The position numbers and the translations under genes are program-made. From assembly GCA_965200315.1 (NCBI GenBank), contig OZ241362.1, forward strand, positions 1 to 64,000: 64,000 bases of DNA. The letters are read 5' to 3'. The DNA is from Candidatus Latescibacterota bacterium. Its GTDB lineage: Bacteria > Latescibacterota > UBA2968 > UBA8231. Below are positions 29,577 to 38,990 of this stretch, piece by piece. The notes beneath the pieces were generated by a model that saw only the letters and a list, made by a program, of their open reading frames with translations, did no database searches and was not told the origin of the DNA. Position 1 is the first letter of the stretch. Every line of letters begins with the position of its first letter.

Positions 29577-30410
29577 ATGAGGATGAGCGACCTATCCTTT
29601 GAGCACGTGTTGAGTCGCCAGTACACGGTCTTTGATGGGCTGGCTGGGATGCACATCGAAGACCTCTACCAAGACCGCGAGGACTTTCTCTGGACCGCCA
29701 CAGCCGACGGCGGCGTCAGCCGGTTCGACAGCGTCCACTTTGATAACTTTGGCCTCAAGGACGGTCTGCCTAATCTCACCGTTATGGCCATTGCCGAAGA
29801 CGCAGACGGACGGCTTTTGTTTGGCACGTTTGGCGGGGGGCTTGCCGCGTACGACGGGCGCGGCTTTCAGGTGTACACCACTGAGCACGGCTTGCCTTCC
29901 AACGAGATCGTGGGCCTGCAAGCCCAGTCGGATGGTTCGGTGTTGGTGCTGACCGGCGCTTGGACACCGGTGACAAGGTCCAATGGCCGTGGAAATTCGC
30001 GCAAGACGCCTCCGGCTGTCTGTGGATCGCCTTTCACTATACGGGCCGGGCCGCCTTCATCGGCTGCTACGATGCGCCGGCCGAGCGACGCGGATAATAG
30101 TTTTGAGCGCTACTACATGGCGCGGCGCGGCAAAGGCGGCAACGAAGACTATTACTATCAGGAACGCATGGGCTTGGTGCGGAAGGCGTTGTTCCGGCGG
30201 CACCCCTTTGTGTTTAAGGGGGACTCCTATACCGGCAAGGTGGTCTTTGCGCCGCTGTACGCTGAGGTGCGAGCGATCACTGTTGAGGTGGAGGATATGG
30301 TTTTGCGGGTCGATGCCTTTGACCGCCCCAAAGAGGTGACGAGCGCCTCGTTTGCGTTTGCGGTGGCGCATGAGATCGCCCCGGTGCCGCCCGTGCAGGA
30401 GGCGCACTGA
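29577..30410 (+). pseudogene. Chimeric ORF: two-component regulator propeller (Reg_prop) N-terminus fused to an unrelated C-terminus
   Basis: DGL..YQDREDFLW.T..GGVSRFD and KDGLPNLTVMAIAEDADGRLLFGT repeats, then an implausible linker, then a different domain (FERYY...YTGKVVFAPL). Confidence 0.6.
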
Positions 30411-30496
30411 GTATCTACATCGGTCCAGAGTGCCTTGAGCGCGGGTGCGTGTGAGTGCGTATATTTTGTTGCCCAATTGAGGAGAATACGCCACCC

Positions 30497-31378
30497 GTGA
30501 TCCCAACCCTGTCAACAGATAAGCTGACGCCGCGCACAGCCGACGAATTCCTCGCAGCGTTTCTCGACTACGCGCATGGAGCTGTGCCCGGGCAGCCCCT
30601 AGAAGTTGATCTGCGCCCCCTGCACTTTATCGACCCCTATGGCTTGGTGACCTTGTGCTTGATGGCGCGCTACGGGGACTCGCTCTCGTCGCGGGTCGTC
30701 TTTCACCTGCCCTGCGCCTTTGCATTGCGCACCTATTTGGGCCGGGTGCGGTTTGCCGCAGCCGTGGATGGGGTTGAGCTCGCGGGGCCGACGCTCATCG
30801 TGGATCAGGAGCGGGAAAAGGAAGAGAGCGAGGCCCTGCTGGAAATCACGCGGATTGAGGAGCGGGCGGATATCGAGACCGTGTTGGGCAAGATCGGCCA
30901 GCGCGTCGAGGCGATTTTGGCCGAGGAATTGCGCTATACCGAGGTGGAGATAAACCAGTTCAAAAACGTCGTCGCCGAGCTGTGCCACAACATTCTCGAC
31001 CACAGCGAGAATTGGGGCTACCTCACGGCCCAGCGCTACTTGAACTCGCGGGTGGGGAAAAAATACGTGGTCATCGGAGTGGGAGACCTCGGGATCGGGA
31101 TCAAGCAGAGTCTATCGGTGCGCTACGACGCGGCGGATTGGTCGCACGGCACGGCGATCCTCAACTCTTTGCAGAAGCACTTTTCCCGCGACGCGACGCG
31201 CGGCCTCGGGCTGTATATCGTCAACCAGATTTGCAATCGCTACAACGGCTCGTTGCACATCCGCTCGGGGGATACGCGGGTCTATATTCGCGGCCAGCGG
31301 CACTGGGAACACGCTTCGGTCCACTTTCCCGGCACCCAAATTGCCATTGCGCTCTATCAGCGCGAGGGAGGCGAGTAG
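30497..31378 (+). CDS. STAS-like + GHKL/HATPase_c protein (anti-sigma kinase-like)
   Basis: VDLRPLHFIDP STAS-like segment; N-box ELCHNILDHS, G1 GDLGIGI, G2 RGLGL, FPGTQI. Confidence 0.85.
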   Translation: MIPTLSTDKLTPRTADEFLAAFLDYAHGAVPGQPLEVDLRPLHFIDPYGLVTLCLMARYGDSLSSRVVFHLPCAFALRTYLGRVRFAAAVDGVELAGPTLIVDQEREKEESEALLEITRIEERADIETVLGKIGQRVEAILAEELRYTEVEINQFKNVVAELCHNILDHSENWGYLTAQRYLNSRVGKKYVVIGVGDLGIGIKQSLSVRYDAADWSHGTAILNSLQKHFSRDATRGLGLYIVNQICNRYNGSLHIRSGDTRVYIRGQRHWEHASVHFPGTQIAIALYQREGGE

Positions 31379-31381
31379 GCG

Positions 31382-31516
31382 ATGTTCGGCCAGCATCACA
31401 AGCCCCCCAAACCGCCCCGCTACGAGCCTTGGCTGCTGTTGCTGCTGGCGGTGGTCATCGCCGGCCTCGGCGTGGCCGCCTACGTGGCCGTGAGCATTTT
31501 ATTTCCCAGCTTCTAG
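31382..31516 (+). CDS. 44-aa single-pass membrane micro-protein (not in ORF track)
   Basis: ATG 3 nt after the upstream stop with GGAGG upstream; MFGQHHKPPKPPRYEPWLLLLLAVVIAGLGVAAYVAVSILFPSF; GC3-rich codons. Confidence 0.65.
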   Translation: MFGQHHKPPKPPRYEPWLLLLLAVVIAGLGVAAYVAVSILFPSF

Positions 31517-31573
31517 CCCCATCATATTGGTATTCGTCTAATTCCGCATCGCTTATTTTGTGGTAGAAATTGC

Positions 31574-31602
31574 TTGACAGCCGAGAAATATCCGCGTAAG
31601 TT
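31574..31602 (+). promoter_or_regulatory. Sigma70-type promoter
   Basis: TTGACA-N17-TAAGTT in an AT-rich gap upstream of 31656. Confidence 0.55.
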
Positions 31603-31655
31603 TCCTTAATTGAATACAGTTAAGCTGTTTTTTAACTACAGGAAAGGCGCGGCTC

Positions 31656-32246
31656 ATGGATTCAGCCGTTGAAGAGCGCGTACAGCAGCAGGCCATACAC
31701 CAAGCTCCCGCATACCTGTTTTCCGGCGAACAGGGCATCCTCAGCGGGCGGCCCCGAGGGGCTGCGTTGCTCGAAGAATTGATGCAGCACCTGCTCAGCG
31801 GTCCCGCCGCCGCCGCCACGCCGCTCGACTTCTCCCGCGTTTCGTTCATGGATGTCTCGTGCGCCGACGAGATGCTCAACAAGCTGCTCTTGCGCCTGAC
31901 CAGCGGCGAGATGGGGCACCGCTACGTCTATATCGCCGAGGCCAATATCTCGGTGCGCGAGACTATCGCGGCCGTGCTGCAACTTCGCGAGTTGGCCGCA
32001 CTGTACAAAGACGGCGGGCAAGTCGAGGTGCTCGGGGTACTCAAGACGCCGATGCGCGAGGTGCTCGACGTGCTGCTGGCTTATAAGTGCGCTACCTCGG
32101 CCGAGATCTCCGACGCGCTCGGCAAAAACATCAACATCGTCTGCAATCGCCTCAACGCCCTGCAACGCCTCGGGTTGGTGTGCCGCCTGCGCGATGGGTC
32201 GGTCGCCGGCGGCGGGCGGCAATTTTACTATGTCTCGATTGTCTAA
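31656..32246 (+). CDS. STAS-like (DUF4325-like) + winged-HTH protein
   Basis: LDFSRVSFMDVSCADEML; TSAEISDALGKNINIVCNRLNALQRLGLV.R wHTH. Confidence 0.8.
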   Translation: MDSAVEERVQQQAIHQAPAYLFSGEQGILSGRPRGAALLEELMQHLLSGPAAAATPLDFSRVSFMDVSCADEMLNKLLLRLTSGEMGHRYVYIAEANISVRETIAAVLQLRELAALYKDGGQVEVLGVLKTPMREVLDVLLAYKCATSAEISDALGKNINIVCNRLNALQRLGLVCRLRDGSVAGGGRQFYYVSIV

Positions 32247-32901
32247 GTACTCCCTAAGAGCGGCCTTAGTCGTGGCCTTGGTTTTAGGAGCCGTGGCGGC
32301 CAAGCTGCGCAGCGCCCCCACCTTCGTCGTCGAGCCCAGTGTAGAGAACTTTCGCGACGCGCCCAACGGCACCAAGCTGGGCACGTTGCTGGCTGGCACG
32401 GAAATCGAGTCCATCGGCGAGGAAGGCCGCTGGGTGCGCTTCCGAGTCGAAGGCTGGGTGTGGGGGCCTTCCCTCGAAGGCTATGTCTCCGAGGAGGAGC
32501 GCGACGAGTTAGAGGAAGAGCCGATCCCACCACTCCAAGACGAACGCCCCCGGATCAAGGAGTTGGTCAACGACCGCTATGGGGTGTTCTACGGGGTGGG
32601 GCTAGACGAGGATATGGGCCGGCTGTGGCTGCGGTTTCGCGTCCGCGACCTCGAGCGCGAGGCGTGGGAGCGGCGCGCCTTTGCCGTGCAGCGCGGCGCG
32701 GTTGAGTTGCTGCAGGGCCGCGTCAAGTTCAGCGAAATCCGCATCGAGACCAACCGGCCCGACGGCAGCGGCGAGGTGGGCCAGTACATCGCCGCGACTG
32801 CGGCTGCCGACTTGGCTGGTGCCGGTGAGGATTGGGCGGCGTGGCGGCAGCACACGCGCTTTTCGATTGATGGGGGCGAAACGTGGGAAGAGGCCGAATA
32901 A
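32230..32901 (+). CDS. Secreted protein with bacterial SH3-like domain
   Basis: Signal peptide; ENFRDAPNGTKLGTL..G...GRWVRFRVEGWVW. Confidence 0.75.
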   Translation: MSRLSKYSLRAALVVALVLGAVAAKLRSAPTFVVEPSVENFRDAPNGTKLGTLLAGTEIESIGEEGRWVRFRVEGWVWGPSLEGYVSEEERDELEEEPIPPLQDERPRIKELVNDRYGVFYGVGLDEDMGRLWLRFRVRDLEREAWERRAFAVQRGAVELLQGRVKFSEIRIETNRPDGSGEVGQYIAATAAADLAGAGEDWAAWRQHTRFSIDGGETWEEAE

Positions 32902-32952
32902 ATGCGCACATCGCGACGGGGCCGATCCAGAGCGGCCCGCAAGGCTAATGCC

Positions 32953-34188
32953 ATGTTGGATCTATATGCGGTAAAGACCCAAATAGACAGCATGGTGGCC
33001 GACGAGCGCCGCGTCCAAGAGGACTTTCGCGCCAAGCTCGAATTGGCTTTGGCCGAGTACCAACGCTGGCTGCCCGAGTGGGAGCACTTAGCCCGCAAGA
33101 TCGACGCAAGCCGCACCTCTTGGCTGTTGCCCGGCTTGGCCGAGGGCCTCGGCAGCGGAATCAACGCGCCCGACCGCCCGGACACCATCAGCATCGCCGC
33201 CACGGACGGCTCGCAAATTTTTCCCGACCGCCACGAGATATCAGCCTGTTTTCTGATCAATATCGGCTACATCCTGCTGCACTACGGCACGGGCGAGAAG
33301 CCGCTGATGAGCAGCAAGCCGCGGCTCTATTACCGCGAGGAGGAAATCTACGAGGAATGGGGCGGGGCCCGGGTCTTTATCAATCGCGAGCTCGTCGGCT
33401 TCAAGCGCGGCCTGATGGAGTTCACCGAGTTGGCCGATTTGGCGTTGGCAGCCCACGCCGAGGGGCATCGGACGCTCGCTCTTTCTGACGGTACGCTGAT
33501 TTTGTGGAACTTGGAGGGCAAGCCGCAAGACTTCCGCGCCGCGCACCTAGAGGCCACCCTAGCGGCGATGGACGAGTTGCGCGAGGCACGGGTGCCGGTG
33601 GCTGGGTACATCAGCCAGCCGGGGAGCCAAGAATTGATCAACGCCCTCAAGCTGGGTCTGTGCCCGCTGGCGGCGGCCGACTGCGACCGCTGCCCCTATC
33701 GGGAAGAGAACCAACTCCACTTCAGCCGCGAAGAAATCGACGCGCTGAATGGGGATTTGTGGCAGGGTCGCGGCTTACCGTGCAGTCCCATTGAAGGGCT
33801 GAGCGACGCGGTCTTGGTACGGCGCGTACTGCGCCCCGGGCAGCGTACGCCGCTCTACCGCAGCGCGTCCAAAATCCTCGCCGAGTACGGGCCGCATTAC
33901 ATCTACTACTTCTACCTGCACGTAGGAAATGAGATTGGTCGGGTCGAAGTGCCGGAATGGGTGGCGGCCGACCGCGAGTTGCTCGACTTGGTCCACGCCT
34001 GTTTGTACGACCAAGCCGAAAAGGGCCAAGGCTATCCGGTCGCCTTGGCCGAGGCGCACGAGCGCGCGGTGGTGCGCAGTGCAGACCGCGAGGCATTCTA
34101 TCGCTTTTTGCGCGACACCTTTGTCAAAAACGACCTGCAAACTCGCTTGTCAACCAAGAGCTTCAAGAAACGCTACACTGGTATTTAG
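32953..34188 (+). CDS. nurA: NurA family 5'-3' nuclease
   Basis: AATDGSQ, LSDGTL, GYISQP, RVEVPEWV, GYPVALAEAHERAVV (alternative start 32902). Confidence 0.92.
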   Translation: MLDLYAVKTQIDSMVADERRVQEDFRAKLELALAEYQRWLPEWEHLARKIDASRTSWLLPGLAEGLGSGINAPDRPDTISIAATDGSQIFPDRHEISACFLINIGYILLHYGTGEKPLMSSKPRLYYREEEIYEEWGGARVFINRELVGFKRGLMEFTELADLALAAHAEGHRTLALSDGTLILWNLEGKPQDFRAAHLEATLAAMDELREARVPVAGYISQPGSQELINALKLGLCPLAAADCDRCPYREENQLHFSREEIDALNGDLWQGRGLPCSPIEGLSDAVLVRRVLRPGQRTPLYRSASKILAEYGPHYIYYFYLHVGNEIGRVEVPEWVAADRELLDLVHACLYDQAEKGQGYPVALAEAHERAVVRSADREAFYRFLRDTFVKNDLQTRLSTKSFKKRYTGI

Positions 34189-34200
34189 GGGAGGCCCACT

Positions 34201-34857
34201 GTGGAGACTATCAAAGAGCGCGAGCGTAGCCCGCTGAGCCGCTTTCAGCCCGAGTCGCTGCCGCTGCCCGGCGACGCCGAGTTAGAGCGGACTCACGTGG
34301 GCGAAGTGGTCGAGAGCAGCACTACCGAATTAATCGCCCAAGCGCGTGAACTGCACGGTGCGCCCTCCTTTGGGCAGTTCATCCGCGTGGAAGCCGAGAT
34401 GCCAGTAGTCGGCATTGTGTTCAACGTCTTCACGCACTCCATCGAGCCGAACCGCCGGCCCACGGCCTACGGCAAAACCGAAGAGGAGTTGCGCCTAGAG
34501 CAGCCACAAATTTTCGAGTTGTTGCGCACGGAGTTCCAAGCCCTCGTCATCGGCTACTTAGAAGGCGATGAGGCCGTGCAAATCCTGCCGCCGCAGCCAG
34601 CGCGCATCCACAGCTTTGTGTACTTGTGCTCGGACGAGCAAGTGCGGTCCTTCACCCGCAGCGACGACTATCTTCGCAGCATCCTCAACACCTCCAAAAT
34701 ACCCACTGACGAGCTGGTGATCGCGGTGTTGCGCCACACGGTGCGCGCCCACGCGCACGCGCCGTCCTATCTGGTGCAGATGGGCAAGGAGCTGTCGCGG
34801 CTCCTCAGCGACGATTACGACCGGCTCAGCGCGATTATCCGCCGGGTGGTCAACTAA
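34201..34857 (+). CDS. HAS-barrel domain protein (HerA/NurA-associated)
   Basis: VGEVVESSTTE, PSFGQF, QPQIFELLRTEF, LPPQPARIHSFV; lies between nurA and herA. Confidence 0.85.
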   Translation: METIKERERSPLSRFQPESLPLPGDAELERTHVGEVVESSTTELIAQARELHGAPSFGQFIRVEAEMPVVGIVFNVFTHSIEPNRRPTAYGKTEEELRLEQPQIFELLRTEFQALVIGYLEGDEAVQILPPQPARIHSFVYLCSDEQVRSFTRSDDYLRSILNTSKIPTDELVIAVLRHTVRAHAHAPSYLVQMGKELSRLLSDDYDRLSAIIRRVVN

Positions 34858-34859
34858 CG

Positions 34860-36542
34860 ATGGCAAAATACGCGCACAACGGAGCGCCAGCCGCGGCCGG
34901 TCGCGGAAAGCAGATTGGGGTAATTACCAAAGGCTCGCTAGTTGAGGGGCTGGAGATGAAGCTGGACCCCGAGCAGAATGTCGAGGACATGAAGGCCGGC
35001 AAATTCGTGGTCATCGAAGGCGACAAAAACGATTTCTTCTCTATGGTCACCGACATGCGCCTCGACGCCAACAACCAAGAGATTCTCCTGCATCCGCCGG
35101 GCCAAGAAGACGCGCTCCTACGCGAGGTGCTCGCCGGCACCAGCACGTACAACATCGTCTCGTTGCGGCCCATGTTGATGATGCCCAAGGATGCGGCCGC
35201 CGACGAAGGCCCGCGGCCGGTCAAGGCCATTCCGAGCCACTTCTCCGAGGTCCAAGAGGCCATGGCCGACGACGTGGCCAAGATCTTCGGCTGCGAAGGC
35301 GACGCCGAGGGCCGCTACTTCAGCATCGGCAACCCGCTCGACATGGACACGCAGGTCTGCCTCGACATGATTCGCTTTGCCGAGCGCTCCAACGGCATAT
35401 TCGGCAAGACCGGCACCGGCAAGTCCTTCCTCACGCGGCTGGCGCTGTGCGGGTTGATTTACTACGACAAGGCCGTCAACCTAATTTTCGACATGCACAA
35501 CGAGTACGGGTTCAAGGCCATGAAGGAAAGCGGATCCACTACGACGTTCGTCAAGGGCCTCAAGCAGCTTTTCGGCGGGCGGGTGGCGATCTTTTCCTTA
35601 GACCCGCAATCGACCCGCGCCCGCGGTGTGCCGCCAGACCACGAGGTCTATATCTCCTACGATCAGATCACCGTCGAAGACATTGCCCCGTTGCAAGACG
35701 AGCTCAAGCTCAACCCCACGGCCGTGGAGTCGGCCTACTTGGTGTACGCGATTTACAAGGAGCGCTGGCTGAGCACCCTCTTGAAGTTGGAAGGGCCGGA
35801 TGTGGAGGAATTTGCCCGCGAGATCGGCGCACACGCCGGGTCTTTAGTGGCCCTGCACCGCAAGCTCAAGCGGCTGGAAAACTTCCCCTTTATGGTCTCC
35901 AAGCTCCGCGGTGGCGACGTGGTGGACCGCATCATGGAATACCTCGACAAGGGGATCAACGTGGTGCTGGAGTTCGGGCAGCAGACGAGTATGCTGTGCT
36001 ACTTGCTGGTGGCCAACATCATCGCACGGCGCATCCACGAGATGTACGTCAAAAAGAGCGAACGCTTCTACGCCACCCAGCGCCCGGAAGATCAGCCGCG
36101 TCAGCTCATGATCACCATTGAGGAGGCGCACAAATTCCTCAACCCCATGGCGGCTAAGCAGACCATCTTCGGCACCATTGCCCGCGAGATGCGCAAGTAC
36201 TATGTCTCGCTGTTGGTCGTCGATCAGCGGCCGTCGAGCATTGACGACGAGGTGCTCTCGCAGATCGGTACGCGCATCACGGCCCTGCTTAACGACGAAA
36301 AAGACATCCAAGCGGTGCTCACCGGCGTCAGCGGCACCGACGGGCTGCGCAGTGTGCTGGCCAGCCTCGATTCCAAGCAGCAGGCCCTGATCATCGGCCA
36401 CGCCGTGCCCATGCCGGTGGTGATCAAGACCCGCGACTACGACGTGCAGTTTTACCGCGACATGGGCTGCATGGACTACTTGCCGGCCGCGGAGCGGCGG
36501 GAGAAGACGGAGCGGGGGTCGGCGGCGTTGTTTGGGGAGTAG
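34860..36542 (+). CDS. herA: HerA family DNA translocase/helicase ATPase
   Basis: GKTGTGKS Walker A, IFDMHNEY, IEEAHKFL Walker B, IAREMRKY, DQRPS. Confidence 0.93.
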   Translation: MAKYAHNGAPAAAGRGKQIGVITKGSLVEGLEMKLDPEQNVEDMKAGKFVVIEGDKNDFFSMVTDMRLDANNQEILLHPPGQEDALLREVLAGTSTYNIVSLRPMLMMPKDAAADEGPRPVKAIPSHFSEVQEAMADDVAKIFGCEGDAEGRYFSIGNPLDMDTQVCLDMIRFAERSNGIFGKTGTGKSFLTRLALCGLIYYDKAVNLIFDMHNEYGFKAMKESGSTTTFVKGLKQLFGGRVAIFSLDPQSTRARGVPPDHEVYISYDQITVEDIAPLQDELKLNPTAVESAYLVYAIYKERWLSTLLKLEGPDVEEFAREIGAHAGSLVALHRKLKRLENFPFMVSKLRGGDVVDRIMEYLDKGINVVLEFGQQTSMLCYLLVANIIARRIHEMYVKKSERFYATQRPEDQPRQLMITIEEAHKFLNPMAAKQTIFGTIAREMRKYYVSLLVVDQRPSSIDDEVLSQIGTRITALLNDEKDIQAVLTGVSGTDGLRSVLASLDSKQQALIIGHAVPMPVVIKTRDYDVQFYRDMGCMDYLPAAERREKTERGSAALFGE

Positions 36543-36551
36543 GGGTGGGCG

Positions 36552-37265
36552 ATGGAAACTTTCTCGGACGGACAGCACACCATCTACCAAGGCGATGCGG
36601 TCTGTATTTTGGAATCGGATCGGATTCCAGAGGCCAGCATCGACCTGATATTCGCCGATCCACCGTACAACATAGGCAAGGACTTCAACGGGCGGCGCGA
36701 CAAATGGCCCAGCGAAGAGGCGTACTGCGCGTGGGTATCCCACTGGCTCGATTTGTGCGTCCGCAAGCTCAAGCCGACTGGCAGCCTGTATTTAATGTGT
36801 GCCACACAGTGTTTTGCGCCGTTTGATTTGCTCTTGCGCCAACGCCTGACCATTCTCTCGCGGATTGTCTGGCACTACGACAGCTCTGGGGTTCAAGCTA
36901 CCTTCAATGCAGACGACATCCTCGTCGAGGCCAAAACTGGGGCGCAGCGCAAACTAATCGACTATCGCAAACCGGTTCCCACCCAATACAATAGGAAGAA
37001 AGTGCCCGGCAATGCTTGGTACTTTCCACGAGTCCGCTATCGGATGCCTGAGTACGAGGAACATCCGGCGCAAAAGCCGATTGCGTTACTAGAGAGGATT
37101 ATTGCCGCTAGTTCAAATCCTGGAGAAGTCGTCCTCGATCCATTCGCCGGAACATTTACTTCGGCTCGCGCTGCTGCCAATCTCAACCGTAGAAGCATGA
37201 GTATTGAGATTGACGAGGAGTATGTGAAAATTGGACTTAGACGGCTCGAATTGGCTACCGAATAG
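36552..37265 (+). pseudogene. yhdJ: YhdJ-like beta-class N6-adenine DNA methyltransferase with probable in-frame deletion of about 20 aa
   Basis: ADPPYN, YDSSGVQA joined directly to TFNADDILVEAKTG (YhdJ has a KKHYGSMYEPIL...NY segment here), HPAQKP, LDPFAG. Confidence 0.75.
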
Positions 37266-37789
37266 CGAGTTACGCGATCCTCAAAGTTCATTTTTCGGCA
37301 GAAATCATCTTTATTGGAAGGACCCGCGATACTATCGAAGAAGGAGCATTGGAGTTGTTCAAGACAGGACGAACTAATGCCAATGACGGAGGTATTGATT
37401 TCGTCATGAGGCCGTTGGGTAGATTTTTTCAAGTTACGGAAACTCTCGATATAAAAAAATACTTTTTGGACATAGACAAAATCGAGAGGTATCCAATCTC
37501 GTTTGTGATCAAGACTACGCTTGAGATCGATGAAATTCGTTCACGCTTAGAAGATGGTGCTAAAGAGCAATATGGGGTGCGTGAGATTGTGCGGCGGTAT
37601 ATGGCTGCTATAGAAGACATTTTCAATATTACCAAATTGATCGGGATTTTTAATGTCTTAGCGGATCAAGGTCGAGTCTCTGAGGTGCTAGACGAAATAA
37701 TTCGCTGGAGCAAAGTGGAATTCAATATTGAAGACGATCTAGATTCTTCTGAAAGTGTCGCTGACGAAGACGAGGATACCGACGATTGA
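37265..37789 (+). pseudogene. 3' half of the cognate type II restriction endonuclease (probable)
   Basis: AT-richer; frame open from the MTase stop without a start (SYAILK...KTGRTNANDGGIDF...FFQVTE, a PD-(D/E)XK-like D-x-G-x-D). Confidence 0.6.
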
Positions 37790-37810
37790 AAGGCTGGGGA
37801 GTAGGGGAGC

Positions 37811-38395
37811 TTACTTGAGCAACAGCGTCCCGATGGTGGAAATCCAACTGGCCAAGACGACGCCGAGCGTCCAGTGAAATTTGGTGTTCATTTCCTTGCG
37901 CAGTTCCGCAAACCCGACGTTCATTTCTTGGCGCAGTTGGTTGGTTCGGGCGTCGATTTTTTGGTCTAAGGCTTTGAATCCGACGTTCATTTCTTGGCGT
38001 AGTTGGTTGGTCTGGGCGTCGATTTTTTGGTCTGCGGCTTCGAATCCGGCGTTCATTTCTTGGCGCAGTTGGTTGGTTCGGGCGTCGATTTTTTGGTCTA
38101 AGGCTTTGAATCCGGCGTTCGTTTCTTGGCGTAGTTGATTGGTCTGGGCGTCGGTCTTTTGGTCTGCGGCTTCGAATCCGGCGTTCATTTCTTGGCGTAG
38201 TTCCGCAAATCCGGTGTTCGTTTCTTGGCGCAGTTGATTGGTTTGGGCGTCGGTCTTTTGGTCTGCGGCTTCGAATCGCTGGTCCCATTTTTGATCTAGG
38301 ATGCGTAGGTCGTCTTCGATGAGGGTCAGGCGGCGATCTACTTGGAGTAAGACGTCGCGCGTCGTCAACTCAGTGAGGGGTTGTTCGGTAGGCAT
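37811..38395 (-). CDS. Hendecad coiled-coil repeat protein with C-terminal membrane anchor (DUF1640/CCDC90-like)
   Basis: 11/22-aa repeats FEAADQKxDAQTNQLRQExNxG and FAELRQEMNxG; hydrophobic C-terminal helix. Confidence 0.8.
   Translation of the reverse strand: MPTEQPLTELTTRDVLLQVDRRLTLIEDDLRILDQKWDQRFEAADQKTDAQTNQLRQETNTGFAELRQEMNAGFEAADQKTDAQTNQLRQETNAGFKALDQKIDARTNQLRQEMNAGFEAADQKIDAQTNQLRQEMNVGFKALDQKIDARTNQLRQEMNVGFAELRKEMNTKFHWTLGVVLASWISTIGTLLLK
37880..38275. repeat. Coding tandem repeat (33/66-bp units)
   Basis: Near-identical DNA units, e.g. TTTCTTGGCGYAGTTGRTTGGT recurring. Confidence 0.9.
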
Positions 38396-38607
38396 GAGAT
38401 CGGAACCTTACTTCTGGTTAAAAATTAAGATACGCTCAAAAATTGAGTATGCAAAACTTGGGCCAATGGCGTTTCACAGAGGAAGCCGGCGGGCCGCATA
38501 GTCGGCGTATGTAGCGTTTCTAAGACGCCGTGTTTCCTTTTGGTCCCATTCTCCCACGCTAAGCTGAGCGCATTCCAGTTTGGGTTCTCAATCCATGCCT
38601 CCCGAAT

Positions 38608-38890
38608 CTAGGCCGCTGGCTGGATGGGTCGCTCTACGTATTCGACGTAGATGCGCTCCAAGTCGGCTTCTTGGAATTCGTCGCGGGTGAGCGTCTTGAC
38701 GAGGTGGCCCTCGACCATGATGCCGAGCCGGTCGGCGATCACGCGGGCGCGGAACACATCGTGGGTGGTCATCCAGATGGCCTTGCCCTCGTTGCGTAGC
38801 TCGTCCAACAGCTCCAAGAACTCGGCCCCGGACTTGGGATCGAGGCCCGGTGTCGGCTCGTCGAGCAGCACGATCTGGGCGTCTTTGGTT
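38608..38890 (-). pseudogene. ABC transporter ATP-binding protein, C-terminal remnant
   Basis: LLDEPTPGLDP Walker B/D-loop and TTHD H-loop; no Walker A or signature motif. Confidence 0.8.
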
Positions 38891-38990
38891 TGAGCTTCAC
38901 GGCCCAAGTCTTCAGGCTTGAGATCATACGTCGCATGTGCCGCGCAACCACGAAAAAGCTGCTTTCTCCGTTTCTCGCTTCCCAAGCCCT

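Noticed and set aside
37880-38275. Third CRISPR array or DGR template
   Set aside because: Units are contiguous without unique spacers, keep an open coiled-coil reading frame, and no reverse transcriptase is present.
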